Assembly: GCA_002269645.1 (NCBI GenBank)
Contig: NIVC01000572.1
Location: 62,001-126,000 of the forward strand
Source of the DNA: Macrostomum lignano
Taxonomy: Eukaryota
DNA length: 64,000 bases
Direction of reading: 5' to 3'
Under the pieces are notes generated by a model that was not told the origin of the DNA, ran no database searches, and saw only the letters and a program-made list of their open reading frames with translations. Made by a program: the position numbers and the translations under genes. This document shows, one piece after another, positions 48,101 to 60,270 of the stretch. Position 1 is the first letter of the stretch, and the number at the start of each line of letters is the position of its first letter.

Positions 48101-51100
48101 ATGCAAGCTACAACAATGACAGAGGTCGCAGGATCAACTCACGAAAGCAGTACACAGATGCCTGAGGCTACTAGTTCAACACCTGAAGCGCCCACACCGA
48201 TGCCTGAAGCTACTGGTTCAACACCTGAAACGCCCACACCGATGCCTGAGGCTACTGGTTCAACACCTGAAGCACCCACACCGATGCCTGAAGCTACTGG
48301 TTCAACACCCGAAGCACCCACACCGATGCCTGAGGCTACTGGTTCAACACCTGAAGCACCCACACCGATGCCTGAGGCTACTGGTTCAACACCCGAAGCA
48401 CCCACACCGATGCCTGAGGCTACTGGATCAACACCTGAAGCACCCACACCGATGCCTGAGGCTACTGGTTCTACGCCTGAAGCACCCACACCGATGCCTG
48501 AGGCTACTGGTTCTACGCCTGAAGCGACCACAATGAAGCCTGAAGTTACTTTATCGACGCGTGAACCGACCACAATGAAGCCTGAAGTTACTTTATCGAC
48601 GCGTGAACCGACCACAATGAAGCCTGAAGTTACTATATCGACGCGTGAAGCGACTGGGTCGTCGCCGGATCCAACTGCAACGCCGTCAGTGCCTGAGGCT
48701 TCACCAACGTCTCAAGAATCAACAACATTAAGTGCTTCGATGACATCAGAGGCAGCGACATCAACTTCAATGATCAGTCAAAGAATGACGGAGTCAACAA
48801 CAACAGTTCAAGCTACCACGTCTATTACCAAGTCTGCTTCGGTGCCGACCACAACCGTAACGACTTCTACCACAACTGCGCCAGCGTTTTGTCTGCCTTC
48901 CAGTTGCAGATTTGGCGGTCGCTGCGTCAACGGCTTTTGCAGATGCAGACCGTTCCGAGGGGGATGGCGCTGCGAAAAGAGTAAGCTCTAAGAATATATA
49001 TACAGTATATAGATCTTCCTATTCGAAAACCTAACGATACCTGATCCGAACTAACTTTAAATAGTAAACGCCCTAACCAAATATCACACTTTGCCGTCGA
49101 TGGGTGAGATAAGTTAATGTTAAGACTAGTCCTTGAAAATGTACAGCCAAGCCTTCGTGTACACAAACGGCTCCCTATACTCGGATGGTAAAGCTTTGCA
49201 TACCTTTGAGGTTTAAACTGGCAGCGATAGTCTATAGCCAGCCCTGTGGCAGCGATAGTCTATGGCTAGCCCTGTGGCAGCGATAGTCTATGGCCAGCCC
49301 TGAAGCAGCGATAGTCTATGGCCAGCCCTGTGGCAGCGATAGTCTATGGCCAGTCCTGAAGCAGCGATAGTCTATGGCCAGCCCTGTGGCAGCGATAGTC
49401 TATGGCCAGCCCTGAAGCAGCGATAGTCTATGGCCAGCCCTGTGGCAGCGATAGTCTATGGCCAGCCCTGAAGCAGCGATAGTCTATGGCCAGCCCTGAA
49501 GCAGCGATAGTCTATGGCCAGCCCTGTTGAAAACGGATTTTAACCTGTTTCCAGGCTTCATCAAAAGACGCAATCATTCATGTTTAGCTGATGTCTATGG
49601 TTTTTGTCTGTGCATGTGTATAGCCTTTAGCCGGTGCTAGAATCGAATGCAGAAAGAATTAACAGACGGTTTATTGGTTACGGAATGAGGGCTTAAGAGT
49701 GGCGAACAGCAGAACCTTTTAATCATGACCAAAAAACTAACGCCGCATTCGCAGGGCGAACCAAGGTGAACTGTCGGAACCGAATGCCCAGAGAGATTTT
49801 TCGCGACATCTATCGCGACCTGCTAGCTGAAATCACCCTCCTTTTTTGGAGGATTGTTATGGAGTTTGTAAGTATTTTGTTTCCGATTCGTGGGCTATAG
49901 AACTTGGCAGGAGAATATTTCCAATAAGATACGTACAATGATCGCCTGCCCTCCGCGCCTTTCATCAGCTGCTAATCAGTTTCCGCATGTCGGCCAGCGC
50001 GCCATTCAGAGAGGCAGACTTCAATCTGCAGTTAAGAGGCTTCGAAAAAGGCTCGGTTGTGGTTCGGTACACCCTGCAGTTTGACATGCCGGATTCTGGC
50101 CAGCCTCCGATGACGCTGGATGCGATTAAGTCAGCCATCGATTCGGGCATAGCGGCCTACAGCAGTACGAATAGCAGCAACCTCACTATGGAGGCCAATA
50201 CTACAGTTACTGGTAAGCGTTCTATGATTCAGGCCTTAAATTGATAAGGCCACATCATACTCGTAATTTGGAGTTCGAGCACGGAGACCATGTTGCTGAA
50301 GACGCTTGCCGTTGTTGAAGACAATGAGAAAACCAGGGCTGCTGTTAACACCATCTAGGCTGCGTGTGGTTGCGAGTCCGCGATACGGACACACCACAAT
50401 GAGAAAACCAGGGCTGCTGTTAACACCATCTAGGCTGCGTGTGGTTGCGAGTCCGCGATACGGACACACCATCTGCTTTCCTTATCACCTTGACAGGGCC
50501 ATTAGCTGCAACTTTCTGCATTACTCTCACAAATCTATCAGACTCCGTCACTTTGAAAACCCACAGCTTATAACTACTGCGCCGACAGCACTACTCCAGC
50601 AGCCTGTTCTCAGTTTGCCAACTGCACCCTGGACCCGAGCATCAGCAGCTACAGCTGCTCCTGCTTCACCGGCTTCCGTGATGACGATAGCAGCGCGCCG
50701 GGCACAACCTGCACCGAGGTGTGCACCAGCTCCACAGCCTACTGTTCGGGCAATGGAATCTGTCGAACGAACAGGGACGCTCGCGTCAGCTGCGAGTGCT
50801 TCAGCGGCTACAGCGGAGACTCGTGCCAGACGGCCGGGCTAAGTCCAACGTTATTAGCCATCGCTATTGTTGTGCCAATTCTGTTTGTTATTATCGTTGT
50901 GCTGATCGCGCTGATCGTGTGGATGCATCGTAGGCAGACTCGCTTCAAGAAGGCGATGCACCAACTGCAGACTGGGGGCGCAGGTGGCGGAGAGGACAGA
51001 GAAGACGGAGGAGGTCAAGGTCAAGAAGAGGATAACTGGTTGAGGAGTCCATTCGCTCAGCTGCCATGGGTGAGTGCGCATGAAGTCTGCCAACTGACCA

Positions 51101-51394
51101 AGGGCGATATGGAGGTGGAACTCTTTTAAAGTTCTTCAAAGTTTCGAAGTTGTTGTACAGAGACGCCGGAGTCCTTAGTGATGAACATTTTTCTGCAGGT
51201 ACATGTAAAGTAAGGGCTTTGAGTAATTCTACCCAATCTCTTAACCAATAAACTCATCTTTCTCCTAGGACAAAATGCCGAGAGCCAACCTATCAACGGA
51301 GCATCCGAAGGCGCGTCGTTTAGCCGAAGAAGACTCAGCCGCCGAGTCCGGTGGCGTAGAAGGCCAAGCCTACAGTCCTAGCCAGCTGTTTTGA
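42137..51394 (+). CDS. Transmembrane SEA/EGF mucin-like protein 2; exons 42137-42197, 42272-42328, 42420-45268, 47218-47452, 47532-48980, 49755-49867, 49969-50212, 50567-51069, 51269-51394; 1878 aa
   Basis: Signal peptide MLVPKFALLLALLLSLRPFGG; repeats ETGTPAP (7 aa) and PEATGSTPEAPTPM (14 aa); SEA1 GFGNSGGSVQVYY; EGF CLPSSCRFGGRC; SEA2 GFEKGSVVVRY; two EGF domains; TM LLAIAIVVPILFVIIVVLIALIVW; tail MPRAN...SQLF*. Exons sum to 5637 = 3x1879; all junctions GT-AG. Confidence 0.9.
42700..45050 (+). repeat. Coding 42-bp VNTR (PEATGSTPEAPTPM, about 55 units); related blocks at 47570-48070 (21 bp) and 48150-48530 (42 bp)
   Basis: Unit atgcctgaggctactggttcaacacctgaagcgcccacaccg. Confidence 0.97.
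45405..47105. repeat. 16-bp minisatellite with higher-order repeat (about 330-375 bp, 4 copies) in mucin 2 intron 3
   Basis: Unit cttcacaatccccaag; marker ccagaac at 45495, 45821, 46196 and 46569. Confidence 0.96.
49219..49528. repeat. 28-bp minisatellite in mucin 2 intron 5, about 11 copies
   Basis: Unit ggcagcgatagtctatggccagccctgt / gaagcag variant. Confidence 0.96.
50321..50470. repeat. Exact 75-bp tandem duplication in mucin 2 intron 7
   Basis: acaatgagaaaacc...ggacacacc at 50321 and 50396. Confidence 0.95.
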
Positions 51395-52194
51395 CCTGCA
51401 GCTATAGAGAAGCCACCCCGACTGAGTCATGGACAAAGCAAACAATGAATATTATATTGATCATGCGCCCAACTAAAATAAAACTCCACATTAAGTAATA
51501 CATTATCCCGCAAGTCTACCATAAATAAGTGAAATGTCAAAAACAGATGTCAATCAATCAATCAATTATAATTAAATTTGAGTTGAATCAATCTATTCAA
51601 CTTTTCCGAGCAAAGAAACACCTTTAGACAGGATTAAGTATCAGCACACAGCGAGGCTAATGTAGCACAATATATTAACTGCATATATAGATATTTATAT
51701 ACGCCAGGGTGCCTATAGAGAACAAATGAAACAGCACACAATAGGAAAGCCTTGCTATAAATTACATTAATAATTATCATTATAGCTACGAGTATTTATT
51801 AAAAAGATGGCGGTTAACACTGGAGTTATTGAATTTCAACTCTCTCTCTCTCTCTCTTTCTAATTTCATCTGTGAGCGACAGAGACAGGGGACAAAGTGT
51901 GAAACATCTGTACAAATTCAAATTAATTAATTATGGTTTCTTACAGCAGAGTTAGATAATAAGCAGCTAATGTAGCACTCGATTAGTCCATATGCTTACT
52001 ACGCATATATTAATTATAATAATAACTGATTATTGCATTTACAAAAGCAACTAGGCTGAATTCGCTAACTCGATTGGGGGTTCTGCTGCTGATATTTACG
52101 TTGGCATAGCAACCAGCCTTGAAAATGTTACGAGCTAATTTATTCAGCGATTCATCATTCGTTTCATTGTTTTGCGAATGATTTTTGGGTGGCC

Positions 52195-53070
52195 GAGTTT
52201 TGCATGGGGTGGCTGTCCGGGTTTTTCCGGGTTTTATATGGGGTGGCTGTCCGGGTTTTTCCGGGTTTTATATGGGGTGGCTGTCCGGGTTTTATATGGG
52301 GTGGCTGTTGGGTTTGTCCAAGTTTTATGAGCTGGCTGTCCGGATTTTAGATGGGGTAGCTGTCTATGTTTGTCCAAGTTTTATGAGGTGGCCGTCCGGG
52401 TTTTATATGGGGTAGCTGTCTATGTTTGTCCAAGCTTATGAGGTGGCCGTCCGGAGTTTATATGGGGTAGCTGTCTATGTTTGTCCAAGTTTATGAGGTG
52501 GCCGTCCGGAGTTTATATGGGGTAGCTGTCTATGTTTGTCCAAGTTTTATGAGGTGGCCGTCCGGGTTTTATATGGGGTAGCTGCCTATGTTTGTCCAAG
52601 TTTATGAGGTGGCCGTCCGGAGTTTATATGGGGTAGCTGTCTATGTTTGTCCAAGTTTATGAGGTGGCCGTCCGGAGTTTATATGGGGTAGCTGTCTATG
52701 TTTGTCCAAGTTTATGAGGTGGCCGTCCGGAGTTTATATGGGGTAGCTGTCTATGTTTGTCCAAGTTTATGAGGTGGCCGTCCGGAGTTTATATGGGGTA
52801 GCTGTCTATGTTTGTCCAAGTTTTATGAGGTGGCCGTCCGGGTTTTATATGGGGTGACTGTCCGGGTTTTATATGGGGTGACTGTTTGGGTTTTATATGG
52901 GGTGGCTGTCCGGGCTTGTCCGGGTTTTAACGGGTTTGATATGAGGAGACTGTCCGGGTTTGTCCAGGTTTATATGGGGTAGGTGTCCGGTTTTATCCGA
53001 TTTTAATACAGAGTGGGTGTCCGGATTTGTCCGAGTTTAATACGAGGCGACTGTCCGGGTTTGTCCGGAT
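52195..53070. repeat. 55-bp minisatellite flanked by its shorter about 24-bp precursor-like units
   Basis: Unit gaggtggccgtccggagtttatatggggtagctgtctatgtttgtccaagtttat; edges made of gggtggctgtccgggttttatatg. Confidence 0.95.
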
Positions 53071-53674
53071 TTTAAAATGGATTATAATGTTTTACAGTAC
53101 AATGTCATTAAAACTAAAGGCAAGCAACAGGTACAGGAAACAAAGACCAGAGCACACTAATCAATAGCAGAAGAAATCAATACAGCCGATAAATTACAAA
53201 AAGAGGGGATCGTGTTGATTCTGTACAAGGCGAGACAAACAATCTAAGGCCAAAATATGGGGGGGGGGATGCAATTAGCTAATTATATAAATAGAGAGAA
53301 ATCTCTTGTTCGTTCAGGATTAAACGGGTTCGCCATGTATCATTTAATCAAGCATTGCTTAATTAAACTGATGAAACTGATGAGTAACTGCCAGAGGACA
53401 TAAGCAAATAATTAACAAGATAGAACAGCCGAGCTAAACTCGTGGAAGAAGGCAGATTAAGTTTGTTTTAAAAAACTGAAACTACTAAATGAGGCAAATG
53501 TGCAATTTAATGGAAAACATGCTCAACCGATATGTATCGAAAAAGTACTTTGATTCCTAGCTGCCTACATGCACTATTTACCTTGTGCCCCGCTATACTA
53601 CTTACAATGAAGCATATGAATAGGATATTGTACTAACTACTGCTATGAGTAGTGCAATAGACAGCCAACTATTG

Positions 53675-56600
53675 CTATTTGGGATAGCCAAGCTGGTGCT
53701 GATGAGGAAACATGAACTGCGAGCCTGTAGGAGGCGGCGGTGGCCTCTGGTGAGCCGCTGTGAGAGAGCGTTGAAGCTCAGCTAAAGCCTGCTGATGATG
53801 CTGCTGCTGCTGCTGATGCTGGGCGTACATGAACTGTTGCTGATGCTGGTGGCCGGGGATGAAGCTGGCGCCGCTGGTTGACGGAAACAGACCGGCCGCG
53901 GCGGCGGCCGCCAGCACAGCCGGTGACACGGCGGAAGGTGGCGGCGGCGGGCGAGGTGGGTGCGGCGGCGGCGGCGGCTGCTGCTGAGGTGTACCGAGTC
54001 GTTGACGCTTAGTTGCCGAAGCTGATCGACTACTTGGATGTTGCTGATGATGATTGGGGAAGCTGGACGAATTTGCTGAGCAGCTGGAGGCTGGTGAGTA
54101 CAGGCCCGATGCCGGCTGCAGCGGCGGCGGCGGCGGCATTGACATGGCCGCAGCAGCCAGCGGATGAGGCGGCCAAACAGGCAGAGCAGCCGCTGAAGCC
54201 AAGGAATTCGTGGAATTCGTAGCCGAAGCCGACGACAGAGGCGGTGCCGGCAGGCCCCAGGAGACGAATGGATTTCTGCCAGCTGCTTGAGCAGCGGCCA
54301 ACTGTTGCTGCTGCTGCTGACGCTGATGCAGAGCAGAAGAAGCCGCTGCAAGTTGAGCATCGGCAGAGAAGATAGACAGATGAGGCATTACTACCGAATC
54401 TACACGATTGCTGGCACTATTGTTGCTGCTAGCTGACTGCCTCCGGTGTTGCTGCTGTTGCTGCTGCTTCTGGTTCTGCTTTCGCTGTGTTGGCGGCTGC
54501 TGCTGCAGCGGAGGCGGCGGCTGCTGTTGCTGCGGCTTCTGCTTCCAGTTCTTAATGAAATGCGCAATACGAACGTGCAAAGCGTTCCAACGACCGCGCT
54601 GGGGCGGCTGCTGTTGCTGTTGCTTGGGATGCTGCTGCTTAGACAGGGGCGGAGGCGGCGCCGAAGTGCTTCCGGCGGGCAGCCGACGCATAGACGATAC
54701 GACGGCAGGGTGCATCAGCGAAGATGACGACGGTGGCGGCATCGGCGAAGGTGGCTGTAGCAACATCGCCGCCTGCGGCTGAGGAGGAGCTGAAGGAAAT
54801 GCATAGGCGGTAGCAGCGGACATCGGTCTGGACGGCGGCTGTTTCGGCTTTAAAAACGAAGCAATGAACGGATTGCTGTCGGGATCGCTGAACATTCTGT
54901 CCCGATTTGCTGGTGTAGCTGACGAAAGCGGCGGCAGAATCGGCGGCAACTGAGGCCTGGAGGATGAGCCGGCGGAATTAGATAAAATTCTTTGAGAAGC
55001 TGACGGCTGATGCTGCTGATGAGGATGAGGAGGCTGCGGATGACGAGGCGGAGGCTGATGAGGTAAAGACGGCGGCTGCAGGTGCGAGTTCTGTGCCATG
55101 CCATTAGCAACGCCAGCTGACAGAAGCGGAGGTGGCGGCATAAATAGCGGCGGCGGCTGCTGCGCCTGCCTGCGCTCCGTGGGACTGAAGCCGGGACTCA
55201 GCAACCGATGCTGATGCAGAGTGGCTGATCCAGTCACAGCAGCAGCAGCAGCAGCAGCAGTAGTAGCAACAGAATCTGCTTCAGCAATGCCAACGGACAC
55301 TCTTAGCGGACCGTGCGGCGAAATCTGCGGCGGCGGCAACTGCGGCTGACAGGCAGCGGTGGCCGCCTGGTGCATCAGCTGCAGGTGGGTCTTGGGCTTG
55401 TAGGCTGACTTGTTAGGCGACACAGGCAGACCCTGCTGCTGCTGCTGCTGAGCTGGCGCTGACAGACTGGGAGACTGGCCGCCAGGTGCCGAGGTGGCAG
55501 GCGAGTCGCCAGCAGCTGCAGCCCCCGCCGGCGGCTCCTCAACAGCTCGCACCGTGTCACCGCTGGCGTTGGCTACGGAGCTGCGAGACGCGGGCTCGCC
55601 GTTGGCACCGACGCTGTCGTCATTGTTGTTGGTTGATGCAGCGGCCGTTGCTGCTTCTGCCGATGTTCCAGCGGAATTTGCTGACCGTTTCCTTGACAAC
55701 CCGGACTGGCTCTGCTGCTGTTTGCGTTTCTTCTGCTTTTGCTCAAACTCACTCTCGGTGTCGGCTGCTGCTGCTGCTTCTGCGGCTTCTTTTCGTTTCG
55801 CCTCCTCCTCGTAGGCCTGTGAGTAATTGGGCGGGGGGCAACGTTGCGCAAGTGCTTGGTATTTAATAGGCTTAGCAATTTGTTACCTCAACAGGTAGGA
55901 CTGGCTTTTAAGTATTACGGCATAATTTCGTTAAGCTTGGGATTTTATAAGCGCAAACTTCATTAAGCTTAGAATTCTATAAGCGCAAACTTCATTAAGC
56001 TTAGAATTCTATAAGCGCAAACTTCATTAAGCTTAGAATTCTATAAGCGCAAACTTGATTAACCCTAGAATTCTATAAGCGCAAAATTCATTAAGCTTAG
56101 AAGTCTATAAGCGCAAACTTTATTAAGCTTAGAATTCTATAAGCGCAAACTTGATTAACCCTAGAATTCTATAAGCGCAAACTTGATTAACCCTAGAATT
56201 CTATAAGCGCAAACTTCATTAAGCTTAGAATTCTATAAGCGCAAACTTTATTAAGCTTAGAATTCTATAAGCGCCAACTTCATTAAGCTTAGAATTCTAT
56301 AAGCGCAAACTCCAATAAGCTTAGAATTCTATAAGCGCAAATTTCATTAAGCTTAGAAGTCTATAAGCGCAAACTTCATTAAGCTTATAATTCTATAAGC
56401 GCCAACTTCATTAAGCTTAGAAGTCTATAAGCGCAAACTTCATTAAGCTTATAATTCTATAAGCGAAAACTTGATTAACCCTAGAATTCTATAAGCGCAA
56501 ACTTTATTAACCCTAGAATTCTATAAGCGCAAACTTCATTAAGCTCGTAAAACATCAATAAGCTTAATATTTTTAAGTTTAAACTTTATTAAGCTCGAGA

Positions 56601-57073
56601 ATTTGTAAGCTCAAACTTTAGTCATCTTACAAGCTAATTTCATAAATAGAAGCCTGATAAACAGTTTTTTTAGTGAATAGTTTGTTTACATTACACGGTT
56701 GGACTCGGGTAATTTATATGAAATGGAAAATAGATTCTGTCACGAGTAAATCTGTAACCCACCGCCTCACTGTAGCAAAATATAGAACATCTATAGATGG
56801 TCGAGAAAATTCTAGTTTATAGAATTCTAGGGATAATCGGTGACGAAAAATGTGCGTGAGACTTTCCGTGAGACGGTTATTTTGCCATGGGAACAGGTGG
56901 GCAGAAATTATTAAGCCTCTGTTTTTTTTAAAGAAAATAACTCGAAACGCTACAAGATCACCTGGGACAGTCTTTCCTTTTTTCTGCTTCTTTTTCCAAA
57001 AGAAAGCAGTCCAATTTCTGTGCCGCAAATGCACCTGAGCTGCGCTTACTAACACATAATAGCGGCTGCGCAT
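53675..57073 (-). CDS. Low-complexity Q/P/A/S-rich protein with AUTS2/FBRSL1/Tay-family motif; large exon 55816-53675, possible 24-nt first exon 57073-57050
   Basis: More than 2.1 kb open frame starting at acceptor ctcacag|GCC (55816); basic KQKKRK and RKRS clusters; FLKPK followed by GRWNALHVRIAHFIKNWKQK, cf. AUTS2 [20 protein letters not shown]. The upstream exon MRSRYYVL|gtaagc is in phase 0 but speculative; the gene may extend further upstream. Confidence 0.65.
55930..56560. repeat. 32-bp minisatellite, about 19 copies
   Basis: Unit ataagcgcaaacttcattaagcttagaattct; unrelated to the ACTTCCGG 32-mers. Confidence 0.96.
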
Positions 57074-57164
57074 GACAGCAGAGGTTTAAAACGAGGTTTT
57101 ACCGCCTTGCGAAAACAAATATTATTAGGCCTTATTCTGTTAACTTCATATCCTATGTACATGT

Positions 57165-59595
57165 CTTGGGGGGATTGCTGAGATGTCAATCAAGTCTTGG
57201 GGGATTGCTGAGATGTCAATCAAGTCTTGGGGGATTGCTGAGATGTCAATCAAGTCTTGGGGGATTGCTGAGATGTCAATCAAGTCTTGGGGGATTGCTG
57301 AGATGTCAATCAAGTCTTGGGAGATTGCTGAGATGTCAATCAAGTCTTGGGGGGATTGCTGAGATGTCAATCAAGTCTTGGGGGGATTGCTGAGATGACA
57401 ATCAAGTCTTGGGAAATTGCTGAGGTGGCAAGGCTTGGGGGAATTTTTGAATGAAAAGGCTTGGGGGAATTGCTGAGATGGCAATGCTTGGGGGAATTGC
57501 TGAGATGGCAAGGCTTGGGGGAATTGCTGAGATGTCAAGTCTTGGGGGAATTGCTGAGATGTCAAGTCTTGGGGGAATTGCTGAGATGTCAAGTCTTGGG
57601 GGAATTGCTGAGATGTCAAGTCTTAGGGGAATTGCTGAGATGTCAAGTCTTGGGGGAATTGCTGAGATGTCAAGTCTTGGGGGAATTGCTGAGATGTCAA
57701 ATCTTGGGGGAATGGCTGAGATGTCAAGTCTTGGGGGAATTGCTGAGATGGCAAGACTTGGGGGAATGGCTGAGATGGCAAGGTTTGTTGGAATTGCTGA
57801 GATGGCAAGGCTTGTGGGAATTGCTGAGAATGCAAGGCTTGGGGGGATTGCTGAGATGTCAAGGCTTGGGGGAATTGCTGAGATGTCAAGGCTTGGGGGA
57901 ATTGCTGAGATGTCAAGGCTTGGGGGAATCGCTGAGATGGCAAGGCTTGGGGGAATTGCTGAGATGTCAAGGCTTGGGGGAATTGCTGAGATGTCAAGGC
58001 TTGGGGGAATTGCTGAGATGGCAAGGCTTGGGGGAATTGCTGAGATGGCAAGGCTTGGGGGAATTGCTGAGATGGCAAGTCTTGTGGGGGGGATGGCTGA
58101 GATGGCAAGGCTTGGGGGAATTGCTGAAATGGCAAGGCTTGGGGGAATTGCTGAGATGTCAAGTCTTGGGGGAATCGCTGAGATGGCAAGTCTTGGGGGA
58201 ATTGTTGAATGAAAAGACTTGGGGGAATTGCTGAGATGGCAATGCTTGGGGGAATTGCTGAGATGTCAAGTCTTGGGGGAATTGCTGAGATGTCACGTCT
58301 TGGGGGAATTGCTGAGATGGCAATGCTTGGGGGAATTGCTGAGATGTCAAGTCTTGGGGGAATTGCTGAGATGGCAATGCTTGGGGGAATTTTTGAATGA
58401 AAAGGCTTGGGGGAATTGCTGAGATGTCAAGTCTTGGGGGAATTGCTGAGATGGCAATGCTTGGGGGAATTTTTGAATGAAAAGGCTTGGGGGAATTGCT
58501 GAGATGGCAAGTCTTGGGGGAATCGCTGAGATGTCAAGTCTTGGGGGAATTGCTGAGATGTCAAGTCTTGGGGGAATTGCTGAGATGGCAAGACTTGGGG
58601 GAATGGCTGAGATGGCAAGGTTTGTTGGAATTGCTGAGATGGCAAGGCTTGTGGGAATTGCTGAGAATGCAAGGCTTGGGGGGATTGCTGAGATGTCAAG
58701 TCTTGGGGGAATTGCTGAGATGTCAAGGCTTGGGGGAATTGCTGAGATGGCAAGTCTTGGGGGAATCGCTGAGATGGCAAGGCTTGGGGGAATTGCTGAG
58801 ATGTCAAGGCTTGGGGGAATTGCTGAGATGGCAAGTCTTGGGGGAATTGCTGAGGTGGCAAGGCTTGGGGGAATTGCTGAGGTGGCAAGGCTTGGGGGAA
58901 TTGCTGAGATGGCAAGGCTTGGGGGAATCGCTGAGATGGCAAGGCTTGGGGGAATTGCTGAGATGTCAAGGCTTGGGGGAATTGCTGAGATGGCAAGTCT
59001 TGGGGGAATCGCTGAGATGGCAAGGCTTGGGGGAATTGCTGAGATGTCAAGGCTTGGGGGAATTGCTGAGATGGCAACGTCTTGGGGGAATTGCTGAGGT
59101 GGCAAGGCTTGGGGGAATTGCTGAGGTGGCAAGGCTTGGGGGAATTGCTGAGATGGCAAGGCTTGGGGGAATTGCTGAAATGGCAAGGCTTGGGGGAATT
59201 GCTGAGATGTCAAGGCTTGGGGGAATCGCTGAGATGGCAAGGCTTGGGGGAATTGCTGAGATGGCAAGGCTTGGGGGAATTGCTGAGATGGCAAGGCTTG
59301 GGGGAATCGCTGAGATGGCAAGGCTTGGGGGAATCGCTGAGATGGTAAGGCTTGGGGGAATTGCTGAGATGGCAAGGCTTGGGGGAATTGCTGAGATGGC
59401 AAGGCTTGGGGGAATCGCTGAGATGGCAAGGCTTGGGGGAATTGCTGAGATGGCAAGGCTTGGAAGAATTGCTGAGATGGCAAGGCTTGGAAGAATCGCT
59501 GAGATGGCAAGGCTTGGGGGAATTGCTGAGATGGCAAGGCTTGGGGGAATTGCTGAGATGGCAAGGCTTGGAAGAATTGCTGAGATGGCAAGGCT
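57165..59595. repeat. G-rich 27-bp minisatellite (30-bp variant at the 5' edge), about 88 copies
   Basis: Unit cttgggggaattgctgagatggcaagg; variant block repeated at offset 837 = 31x27. Confidence 0.97.
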
Positions 59596-60270
59596 ACAAG
59601 GCTACAAATGCTTTTGTAGTTGCGATAGAAATAAGAGGAAAGAAGATTTTCCAAACCTGTTTTGTTGGGAAGCAGTTAGGCTATAACTATGCCAAGATAG
59701 TTGAGGACCATCATAGATGTACCAATTAGCATAGTTTGACACATTTGGCAGAATTGCAGATTTTGTTAGCACAATTATTTTCCACTATGCTAGCAAATTT
59801 AGAAGTTGGCCCATGGGCATTCTTTAGCTAAACTAACTTCTAGAATAGACTAGAAATATTAGCAATAGATCTCAAGAATTAAAAGCTTTTTGAAGGAAAT
59901 GCTATATGCAACCTAGTATACTTTAAGTGACATTGACATACATCTAACAAGAGGCAAGATTCTATAACTTAGGAGGTACTCTACTAACTCTGCTAAGCAG
60001 GCATAAGCATACAGATAGCAATGTAGTCATATATATATATATATATAGGCACACACTTATATAGGATTATACAATAGCCCTACTTAAATTGTTAGACATG
60101 TTATGTACACTGCATTGTGCCTTGGTGGTTGGCCTTTAAAGCTATAAGCTAAGCCCAAAGCCCAAAGCAAACCCAAGCTAAGAGAACAACTTTGCAGTAA
60201 AGCTTTTCTATATTTCTATACTTTATTTACAAAGCCAAACCAAATATAGAGTTGGCACATGCTTGGGCGC

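Noticed and set aside
51199-51209. 11-nt micro-exon in mucin 2 (cag|gtacatgtaaa|gtaagg)
   Set aside because: Inclusion shifts the last exon out of the frame carrying MPRAN...SQLF; direct 51069-51269 splicing is in phase.
53782-55878. Overlapping plus-strand and alternative-frame ORFs across the AUTS2-like exon (poly-C/L/A)
   Set aside because: Shadows of CAG/GCA-rich codons on the true coding strand.
57371-59686. Gliadin-like PSQQFPQAL and RLGGIAEMA ORFs
   Set aside because: Translations of a 27-bp minisatellite with frequent frameshifting indels; no start context or flanking domains.
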